Positions 41,154-54,184 of a DNA stretch of 64,000 bases are shown piece by piece; the stretch's first letter is position 1, and each line of letters opens with the position of its first letter. The notes beneath the pieces were generated by a model. The model ran no database searches, was not told the origin of the DNA, and worked only from the letters and a program-made list of their open reading frames with translations. The position numbers were made by a program, and so were the translations under genes. The DNA lies in NCBI GenBank assembly GCA_905331295.1, contig CAJNYD010000117.1, positions 124,001 through 188,000 of the forward strand, read 5' to 3'. Source of the stretch: Rotaria socialis. Its lineage: Eukaryota.

Positions 41154-41512
41154 CTCGAGCATGTGCATGTTTTTCCTGTAAAATTCATCTAATAAATAAA
41201 ATGCATACCATAAAAAAATACTGAAGACCTCATGGGCCCTCGTGAATATTAATAAATCACATTAGATTTAAATGAGATCTAAACTGTTTTGATTCACCAA
41301 AATAGTTCATCATATGGCAATTTATTCATTCTTCTTTGTTGGCATATAAATGCAAAACTTCATATAGATACTCATGCTCTTTGTTTTATTGACGTACACA
41401 AGCACACACACACACCGCTGCTCCAGGTGAAAAAGAAATGATAACATGAGTTTAGTCGTGTATAAATAACAACATACGACCAGACAAGCACATCTGCTCT
41501 TCTTTATTCAAC

Positions 41513-44500
41513 ATGCTGTGTATTTACATTCTGATCATTGCTGGCGTTGGAGCAAATTTTATCTCTGGATTGCTCAATGCTCCATACGATATTCGAGTTG
41601 ATCACTATAAAGTTGATACAACAAAAGATTTAGTGATCAATACTGAACGTCCTCGATTTTCATGGAAATTATCAATATCAGAACAAGAACGAAATGTGCA
41701 ACAGGTAGCCTATCAATTAGAAATTAAATCACATATAATTCGATGGGATAGCAAACAAGTGATATCAAATCAATCAATTCATGTATCCGGCATAGGACTC
41801 AACGATCTTCAGCCAGCCAGTTTTTATCAATTTCGTCTACGCGTTTGGACAACACAATCGAATCAAGCTAGCTCATGGACACGTTGGATTTGTTTTCGAA
41901 CAGCAATATTTAACATTCCTTCATACATCAAGAGTAAAAATAACAGTTTAATGTGGATTGGCTCAAATCAAATCACTATGAATGAATTGCGCAAAGAATT
42001 TCAAGTATCGAATAGCAGTCCGATTCACTCGGCCATAGTTTATTTGTCCGGTCTTGGCTATTATGAATTGTATGTTAATGGAGATAAAATTGATTTGAGT
42101 CGAAAGTTAGATCCGGGTTGGACAGTATATGAAAAACGTACATTAATGGTTTCTTTTGATCTATTATCAACTATCAAAGTTGTACCAATTCACTTTCCAT
42201 TTGATAAATTGATTGTCTGTCAAATTTAGTCTGGTATGAATGCAGTAGGTGTCCGATTGGGTAATGGTTGGTACAATCAAGAACAATATACACCACCTGT
42301 AGCACAGAAACCAAACTACGGTAACTTGAATTTTCATGAAAACGGAAAAATAAATGACGCCTAATTCTACTAAAATTTAGTTTATTTAAATAAAAGCATA
42401 CTATGTACTACTCATGTGTTTAGCTTGAACTTATTTTTTTCGGATTCTTTTCAGGTCCTCCTCGTTTTATCTTCTTCTTGCAAATTATTTTCGAAAATGG
42501 TAACGAAATGCAAGTCTACAGTGATCCAACATGGGTAGGCCGTCAAAACGCCATTCTACACGATAGTATTTACAATGGTGAATTCGTTGATCGCCGTTAT
42601 GATCGTCCAAACTGGGCCGATGCCGGATTTAATGATTCACTATCGTTGTGGATACCAGCGGAACCGATGCTATCGCCAGTCAACGAAACATTACACGGAC
42701 GAATTGTGATGCAAGATATGCCTCCGATTCGTGCTGGACCTGGCGCATTGCATTTTGAAGTGACGAATAGACCTATCGGTGAATATTTGTCGCCGAATGA
42801 TATTCATGAAATACAAGGTGCTCTGTTAACAGAAACTGGAATACTTAAACCGATTGCTACATGGTCACCAACAATAGGTCAGTCGATCATAGAAAAAAAA
42901 CATTATATCTATCATCTTATTGTGTGTTCTAGGCGTTCAAGTATTCGACGTAGGCCAAAATATAGCTGGATGGTGCCGATTCACAGTTCGAGGTGCACGA
43001 GGTGTAGGGATTTATATACGTCATGGAGAAGTTTTGACTCAACCAACTGTGCCGACGAAGTAAGCAATCATTTGTATGCCCTGTGCACATGATCATAATT
43101 CGTTTATTATGATTCACGCAGTCAATCATATAATGAAGTCTATACTGAAAATCTGCTTGGCGCCACACAGTCTGACACTTACGTTCTACGTGGAGATCCC
43201 GCTGGGGAAACGTATGAACCAATGTAAGTTAATGTTTCTTAGATCGTTCAATTTCGTTATTTTTTCCTTCGCATTATAGTTTTACCTATCACGGTTTTCG
43301 ATATGTTTCGATTCTAAATTTACCAAATCCGATGACTCTTGACGATGTTGAATGTCTTGTTGTTCATAGTGAAACAACTTTGAAAGGTCATTTTATCTCA
43401 AGTAATCCAATCATCAACCAGATTCAACACAATATACAATGGAGTCAACTGAATAATCTCATGTCATTGCCTACAGATTGGTAAGATTATCAATATGTCT
43501 GTTTTCGATTCATTTTATTTATTTTCTATCTAGTCCACAAAGACAAGAACGAAAAGGTTGGATGGGTGATGCTGCATTAACAGTGAATGAGGCGTTATAT
43601 AATTTTGATTTAATCAAATTATATTTGAATTTTCTAAATTCGATTGTTGATAGTCAGGGAACTGATGGAGCTGTACCGGACACTGTACCATTCAGTGATG
43701 GTGACTATCCGTCAGATCCTAATTGGGGTACTGCTCTGCCGACAATTGCCTGGCAACTCTATCGTCACTATATGGATGATCAAGTACTCTCCGTTTTCTA
43801 TTCAAACATTCGTGCTTATGTAGAAAGTGTACGTCGCGGTTACCAATCGACAGGCTTAGCAAACCTTTTCTATTCTTATGGTGATTGGGTTCCACCTCCA
43901 CCTCAACCAAGATCAAATAGCTCTCTTGTTTCATCATTTGCATTTATGCATGATATTTCATTGATGATCAATATATCACAAATACTCGGTTATCACAATG
44001 ATACAGAGGCCTATTCAAAATTCTATCAGCAATTAGCCAACGAATTTCATCAAGTTTTCTTCAATCATACATCTTATTTTTATGCTGATGGCATGCAAAC
44101 AGCACAAATACTTGCTTTGACTCTTCCAAATGTGGTGCCAGATAATGTTCGTAAATCTGTATTTGAATATTTAGTATCAGATATTGAACGAAAAGGTAAT
44201 CATGTCTCGACAGGAATTATTGGTACAGCTCAACTCTTTCCGCTTCTTTCTGACAATGGATATCATGATCTAGCACTTGAATTGGTTACGTCGACTACTT
44301 ATCCATCCTACGGTTATATGTTCAATAATCCATACGAGAATGCTACTACATTATGGGAACTTTGGGATGTACCATTCGAAGGGCCGGGTATGAATTCACG
44401 CAATCATATTATGTTTGGAAGTGTTGGTGCTTGGTTTTATTCCCATTTGGCCGGCATCGATTTAACTTTGGACTCTACTATTATTATTTGGCCACGTATG

Positions 44501-44842
44501 GCATCAGAAAGTAAAAAGCATCTCTTACTCAAACTTGATTGTCAATTGAATACTTTGTATGGGCTTGTTCATGTGGCATATAATCGTGATGTACACGACA
44601 CAGCAGCCAATTCAATTCAACTTCGTCTAACCGTTCCGCCCAATGCTAAAGCTCGAATCATATTTGAGCCTTTGTTTTCCGGTGCTCGATGTGTCAAATT
44701 AATGGAAGGAGATAAATTGATATGGTCGGTTGATCCAGAATATACTACTGAAAAATATCAAATAGAAAGGCAAATTGATCGTGGTCTAATGATCGTTCAC
44801 GTTGGCTCTGGCCAGTATGAATATCAAGCCTATTGGGAATAG
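41513..44842 (+). CDS. Alpha-L-rhamnosidase, glycoside hydrolase family 78, ~972 aa, secreted
   Basis: Exons: 41513-42178, 42230-42320, 42455-42877, 42933-43059, 43122-43223, 43280-43480, 43534-44842 (2,919 nt). Motifs: PRFSW, SGLGYYELYVNG, LGNGWY, DVGQNIAGW, FTYHGFRY, PTDCPQRQERKGWMGDA, YGDW, TGIIG, ATTLWELW, SRNHIMFG. Confidence 0.92.
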
Positions 44843-45215
44843 ACTATGAAGGCAATAATTTTGTTGAAGTTGACTTCTTGCTCATTTTCATTTACCTTGA
44901 TAATCTTTGAGAAATAAATATATTCATCTCAACAAATTGAATTCATCGAATTCTATACACCGAAAAATCCATATTAGAAATTAGTTGGGTGTGAGTGAGC
45001 TGGTACAGAAAGAATACCCGCCCACCCACACCTAATATGTATGCGTATCATTTTCTTGTAACATAACCACATTCTTGTTTAGAAATATGCCATGATACGG
45101 ATCACTACATCAGTAGAACTACTAGTATTAGTTTTTCGTGTAAATTTTATGTTTTTCATAAAGAAAAAAACAATATGTATGTAATTTAGCAAACAGTTTT
45201 AAGAAACAATGATTT

Positions 45216-46040
45216 TTATAAATGTTCGGGCAAGATTTCAAGTACTTTCCGAGCCCTTTCAGCGATTATTCGTTTTGAATCGGACCTTGTCGGGAATAAA
45301 TGATGAATGGTAGTTCGAATATCTGATTGAAATGTGGATGGATCGCTTTGATATGTTGACGAATATTTGTTGCTTTTTAACACCTGTCCTGCCGAACATA
45401 TTCCTTCGAAATTATATCCATTGCAATTAAGAAACGTCTTCAATTGTTCCGGATTTTCTTGTGCCATTATCATTGATCCAGAAGAATCATTCTGACAATT
45501 GAATCCCTTGTATTGCGATCCGATGATATCTTACTGTCAGATCCGATGGAATTCATCTCAGGGCTTTAGCTGACTCATAGTATTGGCTCCAGATACTAAG
45601 TAGTGTCCAAATAATAAAATATGAATTTCTCATCGGAACCGTTAATAATTCCTCAGCTCGGAATCCTATCGTACTGCATCGATTCTTTGTATCTTGTAAG
45701 GTCCTATCGGATTCATTTCACCTGTGGAGATTGTTCGACACCCTACAATCCTTGAATGCTCATTGTTGTCTCCAAACTGACTCATTTTAATAGTCAACTG
45801 TGTTGCTAGCGCATCAAGTAGTAATTGATCATGTGAAACTTGCATGATATGCACTTGATTTGTCAAATTGTTGATTTCATTTTCCGGTTTTCTAAGAATA
45901 TTCAATATATTATTGAAAACTTCTCGAATGCTTTGACATGCTTCATTTAGTTGTGTGGCTTCTTCTTCATCTATAATTTTCCATAATTCATCTATTGATT
46001 CATTCAGCTTGTCTTGCGTATTTTGTTGAACATCACCCAA
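45216..46040 (-). pseudogene. Uncharacterised coiled-coil protein gene apparently split by a degenerate ATCCGA-type MITE (~45472-45727)
   Basis: Two same-strand ORFs (46040-45666 and 45473-45216) are separated by sequence with GATCCGAT/GGAATCC modules resembling the 20272-20588 element. Confidence 0.45.
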
Positions 46041-47659
46041 TGAAAACTCCCCTACCAGTGTCCGCTGCTAGCGATTATGTGAATTTGTTGGAGTTCTTGA
46101 ATCGTGCTATTGATTGATGGTAAACCATGAACCAGCTTTTCTAATATATTGTATACTATAACTTATGTTTCACTTGATACGGATAGTCCTGAAACAAAAT
46201 GAGCAAGATGATGCAACTTACTCAACACACCTGAGAAAAAGAACAGAACGTGCCACAATAACATTATTGAACACGAACGAAACTCAGAAAAATTTAAAAT
46301 ACTTGCAGATTTTATCTTTGGCTTCAAATTAGATTCTTAAATAATCAAATGGAAAGAGGCCTACATCTATAATATATTTTTTGCCAAAGGCCATCGCTAA
46401 ATAACTGTCGAGACTCAAACTAAAAAATGCAAAGGCCAGGAAGAACATTGATGGCTTGTGCGAGAAAAAGGCCATGATATTTTCATGGACATTTCTTTAA
46501 CATAATGTTCATATATTCGTAGGAATATATTGATTGATGCGGATATTGTTTATCCCAAATTTCTTTTAGAATTAATGTTTCTATTTAGTATTTTTATCTT
46601 TTTTTCTGCTTCATGCATTTTTTTTGTTCTGGCAAGTAAACGAAAAATCAATATATCACCCTCATTCAATGAAATATTGATTATTCATTAGGTGATGTTT
46701 GCCTATTGGACGTCATTATTTGCTATAGCATCTAAATCAAAATTCAATTATACGCAAAGAAGACAATGGATCAATAAAATTTTACTCTTGAACGAGTTTT
46801 AAAATATTTTATTTTCATCTGTTTTTACAGAAGAGAAAATAAATAACCTTGAAAACTAATATGCCTGGTGATATTTCTCGTCCTTATTTTATTTCTTTCA
46901 TGTTTCAAATATCAATATGTTAGATTTCTTCGACGAATTAATTATTTAACCATATATATATATTTGCGTTTTGATAAAAAAAAAAGCAGACCATATTACT
47001 CTGGTGTGGGGGCTGTTTCATCGATATATGTCAGAACAATGAAAGACCGATCAGCTATGGAATTGACTGCAAGAAGTTGCATTTTGATTTCACTGATAAA
47101 TTCTTATTGTTGTTATAGAGTACTTTAGAAATGGTGGCAATTTTAAAGAAATTACCAAGAAAGGTAATATCGCTTCGCTTTTTGTGTTTGTAAATATTTG
47201 ATTGTTTTAATTACCAATAGAAGAAATACAGCACTGACATATAGTATGTAATTGTTTTAAAAGTATTTTTCAGTATGTGCAGATATTAGGACTTCCTTCA
47301 TCATTGCTCATCAGGCAATTAGATAAGAAAATATTTATTGAAAATAAAAGTAATTAAATACATCGATGAAAAGAAACAAATCAATGATTCAAGTTTACGA
47401 TCATGTTTTTCATTCGTATTTGATATGTCGTCAATGTCGAATTCTTTGCAGTTTATTTCTGTAGCTTGTTTCATTATCAGATGGTGATATTTATCAAAAG
47501 CAACTTCACCATATGATACTAGCTATTGTGAGTTTTGATAGTTTTATGTATTTCTCAACAATATCTATTTGATTAATATTGATAGAAAATGTGTTTTGCT
47601 ATATTTCATATTAATGGTGATAGGAAACTCAGTAAAGAAGAATTGTGTTAATGAGTCTA

Positions 47660-48175
47660 TTTTTGTGTACTCAAAAAGTGAGTACACTCTAGAATCGGCC
47701 AGTGTGTCCGGCCGTAGGCACGATAACTTTTGAAAGGAGAGTCAGATCGTGATGAAATTTTCCACACAGTTCAATCTCATGAATATCTCGGTCGAGTTCG
47801 AAGATGAGAAGGATCCGTCAAGAAATGGCTGAGTTATCGAAAAAATTGTCATTTTTGATCAGACCATCCCTGAGGGGGAGTACAGGGATTTTTCAAAAAA
47901 ACTTCTTTTTTCTCAGAATTATCCACAACATATATAAATCGACTCAGTTTATAACGCTGATTCTGAATCTGATATTAATTTTGAACTAAATCGTAGCTTT
48001 CTAACGAAACATCGCCTGAAAACGTCTCAAAATGCACAAAAACTGCATCCAGAAATCAAATTGCCTAGTTTCTCATGATACTTTTGGTGTTCAAACATTC
48101 TAGAATGATTCATATGTCCCATGCACTTTTTGCAGTACACATAACTCTCGGATGAAATCCGAAGTTTCCACATTT
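47660..48175 (+). mobile_element. DINE-1/HINE-like element, copy 2
   Basis: Colinear with 1004-1523 and nearly identical over the 3' ~330 bp. TTTTTGTGTACTCAAAAAGTGAGTACAC start, and CAGTACACATAACTCTCGGATGAAATCCGAAGTTTCCACATTT end. Confidence 0.75.
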
Positions 48176-49355
48176 ATTAATAATTGAAATCTAAATATTT
48201 GCACTCTGACAATATCTACTAGCTTTTAAACGTAAAAATGATTCAGTTATTGATAATCTATTTCCTTCGAATGTGTAACTTTGTTTTCCGACAAATTCAT
48301 TTTTTTCAGCTCTTAGCGAGTTCAAATAAAGCTCTGCATACTTTTAATTATTTAGGTTACAGAATGACAATAACTTGAAGCACCAATTAATGTCAACTGG
48401 AACTATATCGTTATGACAAATTCTATTGCTATTTTCGTTTCATTCTCTATCGATTTTTGGTGTTTGATCAATATACTCAAAAATATTAGAATATATTTTA
48501 TCGGTATTTTCAACTAAATCTTACCTCTCAAGTTCATGTAACGTCAATCGAACAAGTCTCAATGCCTGATTGCACAATTAAGGAAATTACTGAACATGAA
48601 ATGTTCAATCGTTCGTTGAATATTTATTATGGCATATGCAGGAAAAGAAAAATATAACAATAATTCGATCGTTTATACATAAATTGAATAAATTCATGCA
48701 TACGTTTTGGTACGACATGTGGACGCGTCTTCCATCTTTTGATGACTAAAATAATCATTGATAAACTGGGATTGAGTCCATCGGTAATAGACCACTGGAA
48801 AAATGTGTTAATTCATGAATTTGCACATTATTCTAACTACTATTTCAATATATAGGCTTCAATCACTCATTGCCAATAATGCATAATAACCAGATTTTAT
48901 TTCCATAATTTTATTAGTAACTTTTAATGAAAAAAGTTGATTATGAGACAACACACAAAGAGCATCATAAATTTAATCTGTTTCGCGGAGACATAATTTA
49001 CTGTAACCTCATTTGTCGATAATATGAATCAAATGCAGCTCAGTGAGACTAATATTATTTCGGATGCACCAGTAATAGTAAGAAATATCCCTAAGCAAGA
49101 GAAGATGCGAAGTGTATCGTAACAGAATAAAACTCCTACTTATATTCACTTTTTAAGTGTATGACAATAGTTGTTTCTTAATAGTTACTGATGCACTACT
49201 TTTTATCTATATCTAAAGGACAATATTTATCTGCTTTAGACTAAAAGGAACATTTGTTGAAAAATAATTTTTTTCTTACTCGAACTCTCAATCAACATAA
49301 AAAAAAGTATCTTTTCTTCTATGCATAGATATTTATTAGAACAATTTATTTAGCT

Positions 49356-49550
49356 ATGGGCAATACACACTGCTCTTACACTTCAGTTGGGTCAAGTTCC
49401 AGTACGTCATGCGTTTCATACCCGATGGATAGTATAAAACTGAGCACTGGTGCCATTGTTGGTATCGCTATTGGTTGTGTTGCAGCTGGCGTTCTCATGA
49501 TCATAACCATTATTTTTTTTATTCACTGTTTGAGAAGAAACAACAGATAG
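49356..49550 (+). pseudogene. Fragment of a small single-pass membrane protein
   Basis: LSTGAIVGIAIGCVAAGVLMIITIIFFIHCLRRNNR is a clear TM helix plus basic stop-transfer residues. A stop is followed by a Tyr-rich read-through, and no upstream exons were resolved. Confidence 0.4.
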
Positions 49551-51783
49551 ATGGCATATTCCAACTCATACCTATACTCTTACGTACAATCAACAGCAAC
49601 ACTTCACCGTTATATACTGAACTAGCAGCACATGAAAATCAAAATAAATCATTATCAGCGTTTATTGAATGTAAATAATGAGAGAAGAGAAAATAAAATG
49701 TATTCTTTCATGTTATAATCACATTGAAAAACATTCCGTTAGAAATCAATCATCGGGATATATTCGCACTATAGAAAGCTTAATGAATATTGTTCGATAA
49801 ACAAAAAACTGCTGCACTTATCTTCTCTTACAACGTCAAACAAATGCGGTCTTATTCTGCAGTTTTTCTGATCTTGGTTGGGCGTGAGTGTTGGTGAATA
49901 CTTGATGGAAACTGACCTCACAGTACATACAACGAATGAGTCAAAAAGAAAAAATATGCGCAGGTAAGTAATCTTTGCGATGCTAGCTGAATATAGTTGA
50001 TTTCATATTGTGAAAGCCTTTTCTTTCGGTTGCACTGATCTGATGCACAGGGTCGTATAAATTCGCCATAATTTATTCTCATCTGCTATCTAAATGACTA
50101 TGAAACAAATACGACCTTAGTCGTGGTTTATATTGTGAAAATTCGACAAAATAATTATGCGGACGAATTTGTAGCAATTTGAGAGTACATAATTTGGTTT
50201 TAGTACGGGAGACGAGATTTATTGCAGATTCCATTTATTTGCAACGATGGTGTTCATTTCACAACGTTGAATTGCATCTTCGAACAGGAAAGGTTGTAAC
50301 TGAATCAAATACTACTTAGATTGTATAATAAGAACAATAGAGCTAGTCACGCCGACAGAACGTAAAATATTTTAAAATAATAAAGATCTATGTAAGCTAG
50401 TAAAATTTGTTTTCTTGATATCTAGAAAACAAATGAGTAAGTGTTCTAGAAAGAAATGCCATTGAGAATTAATGAAAGAAGGTATAATTTAACAGCATGA
50501 AATCAACTATATTCAGCTCACAACGGAAAGATGATTTGAGGGTGTGCGCATAAAAGTCGATTAATTAGATTTGAAGCAGAATAGGACGCTTTTCGTCCTT
50601 GCTAAACGAGCTCATTGGATATCTTGAATATTCACTATTTTGTTATTCAAACAATAAAGTTATTAACTTAAACCTTAATACTTTGATATATCGAATGATT
50701 TGTAATGACAGATAAGTTGTAATTTTAGAATTAGTGGGTTACAAGAACATAGATTGAAAACATGATGGATTGGTTCTATAGTTTTTCATTCTCGGAAAAT
50801 GTTTTCATAGGATGCTGTTGGACGCTGAGATATTGCACTTGTTCGGTACGTTTTGGAAGTTTAACTGTCAGGCTTATTGTGGCTCGAAATACTATTATAT
50901 TGTCGATGGACTAAAATATTTTCTGTATTTTCGATGTTATCGTCAGATGGAAACAAAAAGGTTTTTTCCTTGACATTTCGCCAATGATTGACGACAACTT
51001 TCATGACCCTTACGTGAAGGTTGAAAGTAATTGTATATGTAGCACCGGTTTTTTTTTATTTCAATTTTATTTCTGGAATAAATTTTCTCGTTATACGAAT
51101 TAATTATAGACTTCATAAGTTGCCAGAAGTATGGTAGTAGTATGTTCAGCGTTGAGAGAAGGTTGCTGATTGTTAGATCGTTTTCCATTTTTCTAAATAG
51201 TTCCTTTTGAGGTTTCTTTCTATACCTGCTCGCCTGCACATACCCTCAAGAAATGGTTGCATCTACGTATGTCAAAAGTAACTGGATTGGGAATGAGTAA
51301 AAGCGATTCTTCAAGTCATTTTAGTTCATCCGATTGGCATGACTGTTTGAAACTACAATTTTATTTGGGAGTTGTTTTTTTATTTAGAGTCTAGATCTGA
51401 TAATGCGATTTTAAATTTTTCTGAGGAAGATGACCACCAAACACCTATCGATATTATTATTGATTGACAAGAAAAAATGATCCAAAGACTTGGAAAGTTT
51501 CAATGAATTAAAATGAAATAATATAATGTTTCAGAAAGAAAGATTTATTTACTAATCAAACAAAGTTAAGATTCCTAAGAAAATATCAACTTGCGCTCAC
51601 TATTTTCTTCGAAAACATGCGTGAGTTTCACAAAAAGGAGAACATTTTTATAGAAAAATTTTGTTCTTATTTGGTTAATATCTAATGTTAGAAAATTATA
51701 TTCCTGCATATAATAATGGAGAAAACAAAAAGAAATGAATAGGATCAATAATAAACATAATCAAAGAAGAGAAGATTGCCAAA

Positions 51784-53850
51784 TTAAATTTGTTGTTGTT
51801 GCTCAGGTGCAGATAAGTCTTGTTTAGAAAAGGAGAGAACTCCCATTTGTAATTGATGCTTTGTTAATTTTTGTTGACGTTCTTGTCGTCTTTTTAATAT
51901 CGGTATGGCAAATAATATCAAGCCACTTAACAAAATGGAACCACCAAATATTAAATAAGGCCAAAGATAAGGTCGAGCAAGGTCTGAAAGATTATCACGC
52001 ATTGAACCTTTAATAATAAAAGAATAAAAATAAATAATTTAAAAAAAAAAACTATTTTACCAACAACAGGTGTCCCAATTGCAACGGCAATACCTTGAAA
52101 TAATAAAAGAACACCAAAAGCATCTGATAATTTATCAACACCAACCAAATCAACAATAATAATCGATGTTAAACCAACATAACCACCAGAAAAAAATCCA
52201 AATAATGATGCATAAATCATATGAGTTGCAACAGATGAGTTGCAAAATGGTGCAAACATTGTTGATATACCAGCGATTATTAATGTTGTATTATATAACG
52301 TTAAACGATTTACCTAAAAATTAATAGTTATCTATCTATTTTAATTTCTTAAATTCTTGTACCCAAGATCGATCAGCTAGATAACCAATAATAACCCTGC
52401 CAAGACAATTCGATACTCCAATTGACATTATAATCCAATGTCTTTTATGTTGCACAACGTTTGCGTCGCCAGCTAAATCATTTGCAAAATTATATGGAAC
52501 ATTAAAGCCAAGACTTGTTAAAAAATTTGATATTGCAAATAAAGCAAATGAAAAATCTTTCAATAAATTAAGATCAATTTGTTCAGCTATTTTTCCAAAA
52601 AATGATTTTTTCGTTTCTATTTCATTTACGTTCAACATTTGACGATGATATTCATCCTGATCTTCATTATATAATGGAATATTATGTAAGCTACCTTGAT
52701 AAACAGCATCTTTTCGAGGTAAAACTATTTCCTCATCATCTTCTTTTGAAACGATTTTATCTAATTGAGATTCTTCATTTATATCAATATCATCAACATT
52801 TAATTGTTCTAATGGAATATCACTAAAAACAAAAATTATTCTAAGATTAGATTGTAATTATATTAGAAAAATACCCTTTTTCATTATTTTGAATTAATTT
52901 ATTTTGTTGTTCCTTATTTTCATTCATTCGAGTTATTTCTTTTTGTGTTTGTCGTTTTGCTTCGCTTCGTGCTTTACGTGCTAAACGTCTTACTTCACTT
53001 GGTTCTTGTGGCAACGGAATCTAAATAGTTGCAATTTTAATTCGTTTTCTTTTTTCAGGATAATATAAATACCATAAAAGCTCCAAAAATAACACAAATA
53101 AAGACTATAGCTGCTTCAAGAAGAAGAGCTCCTTCATAATCAAACCATAAAGGCGCACTAATAATATAAGGCATAATAGCTGGAAATGCTAATGTGCCCA
53201 AACCTGAACCACAAACAGCAATACCCATTGCAAATGAACGTTTACGTTCAAAATAAAATCCAACTGAAACAATGGCAGGCAAATAAATTAAGCCAAAACC
53301 AATTCCTATTGGAATATAAATAATTGAGAAACATATTTTCTTATAATAAATATTTACCTCCAATAATACCAATAGAAAGATAATAAAACCAAATATTTGC
53401 CCATAAATAGCTGATTAAGAATCCAAAAGCAGCTAAACAAGATCCAACTATGGTTACTTTTCGGCATCCATATGTATTTGTAAATATTGTTGCAATTGGT
53501 CCTTGAGATGTTATATCAAATTAGATTATTGAATTTAAAAAAATGAATTTATTAACCTGTTGCAAGTGTTATTGCTGGTAAAATCCCAAATATAGTTGAA
53601 ACAGGTCCTCTTGTTTTATTTAAATTATCCATCATTGGACGTAAAAAAACATCACCCATGGAATATGTTATTCTATTCAATTCATTGAAAACAAGATAAT
53701 AAAATTATTTAGATACAAAATAAATGAAACAAACCCGTCCATTATAAAATGTATCATAAAAGACGAAAGAACAATAATCCATCCCCAACCACCATCAGGA
53801 ACATTAGATCCACTAGCACCAGTATTCTTATTTTGAGTACCGCTGGTCAT
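51784..53850 (-). CDS. Monocarboxylate transporter family (SLC16/MCT, MFS), ~563 aa
   Basis: Exons: 53735-53850, 53557-53672, 53358-53501, 53073-53305, 52875-53020, 52363-52822, 52061-52313, 51784-52007 (1,692 nt). Signature PDGGWGW, YFERKRSFAMGIAVCGSGLG, and GRVIIGYLADR. Confidence 0.92.
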
Positions 53851-54184
53851 TTTTTAATTTTTGATTCTAAAACAGAATAAGAATAATACAATAGAGAAGA
53901 CAGCTGCGATTCTCATTATAGATCAAATATGTTACTCCATTCTTTTTTTTCTAAGAGTAACATAAAAAAGGAAAAAGGCTAGATAAGAACTATTCGTTCT
54001 CTTTATAAGAAAAAAAAGAATATAAAAATTGAAACATTTTTATCTTTATCAAATAATAGAACATATTTTCACGTATTAAGCCTTTTTAATCTTTGATCTT
54101 ATGAATCAAAGTAAAACAGTCAACAGCATATTTATTAAATAAAAATTTTATATTATTTTTTCTCATCTTGACTGAGAATAAACA

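Noticed and set aside
46380..47170. Exon-like fragments with splice signals
   Set aside because: I could not assemble a consistent reading frame or identify a family.
50400..51400. Coding-like composition on the plus strand
   Set aside because: Interrupted by stops in all frames, with no identifiable motif.
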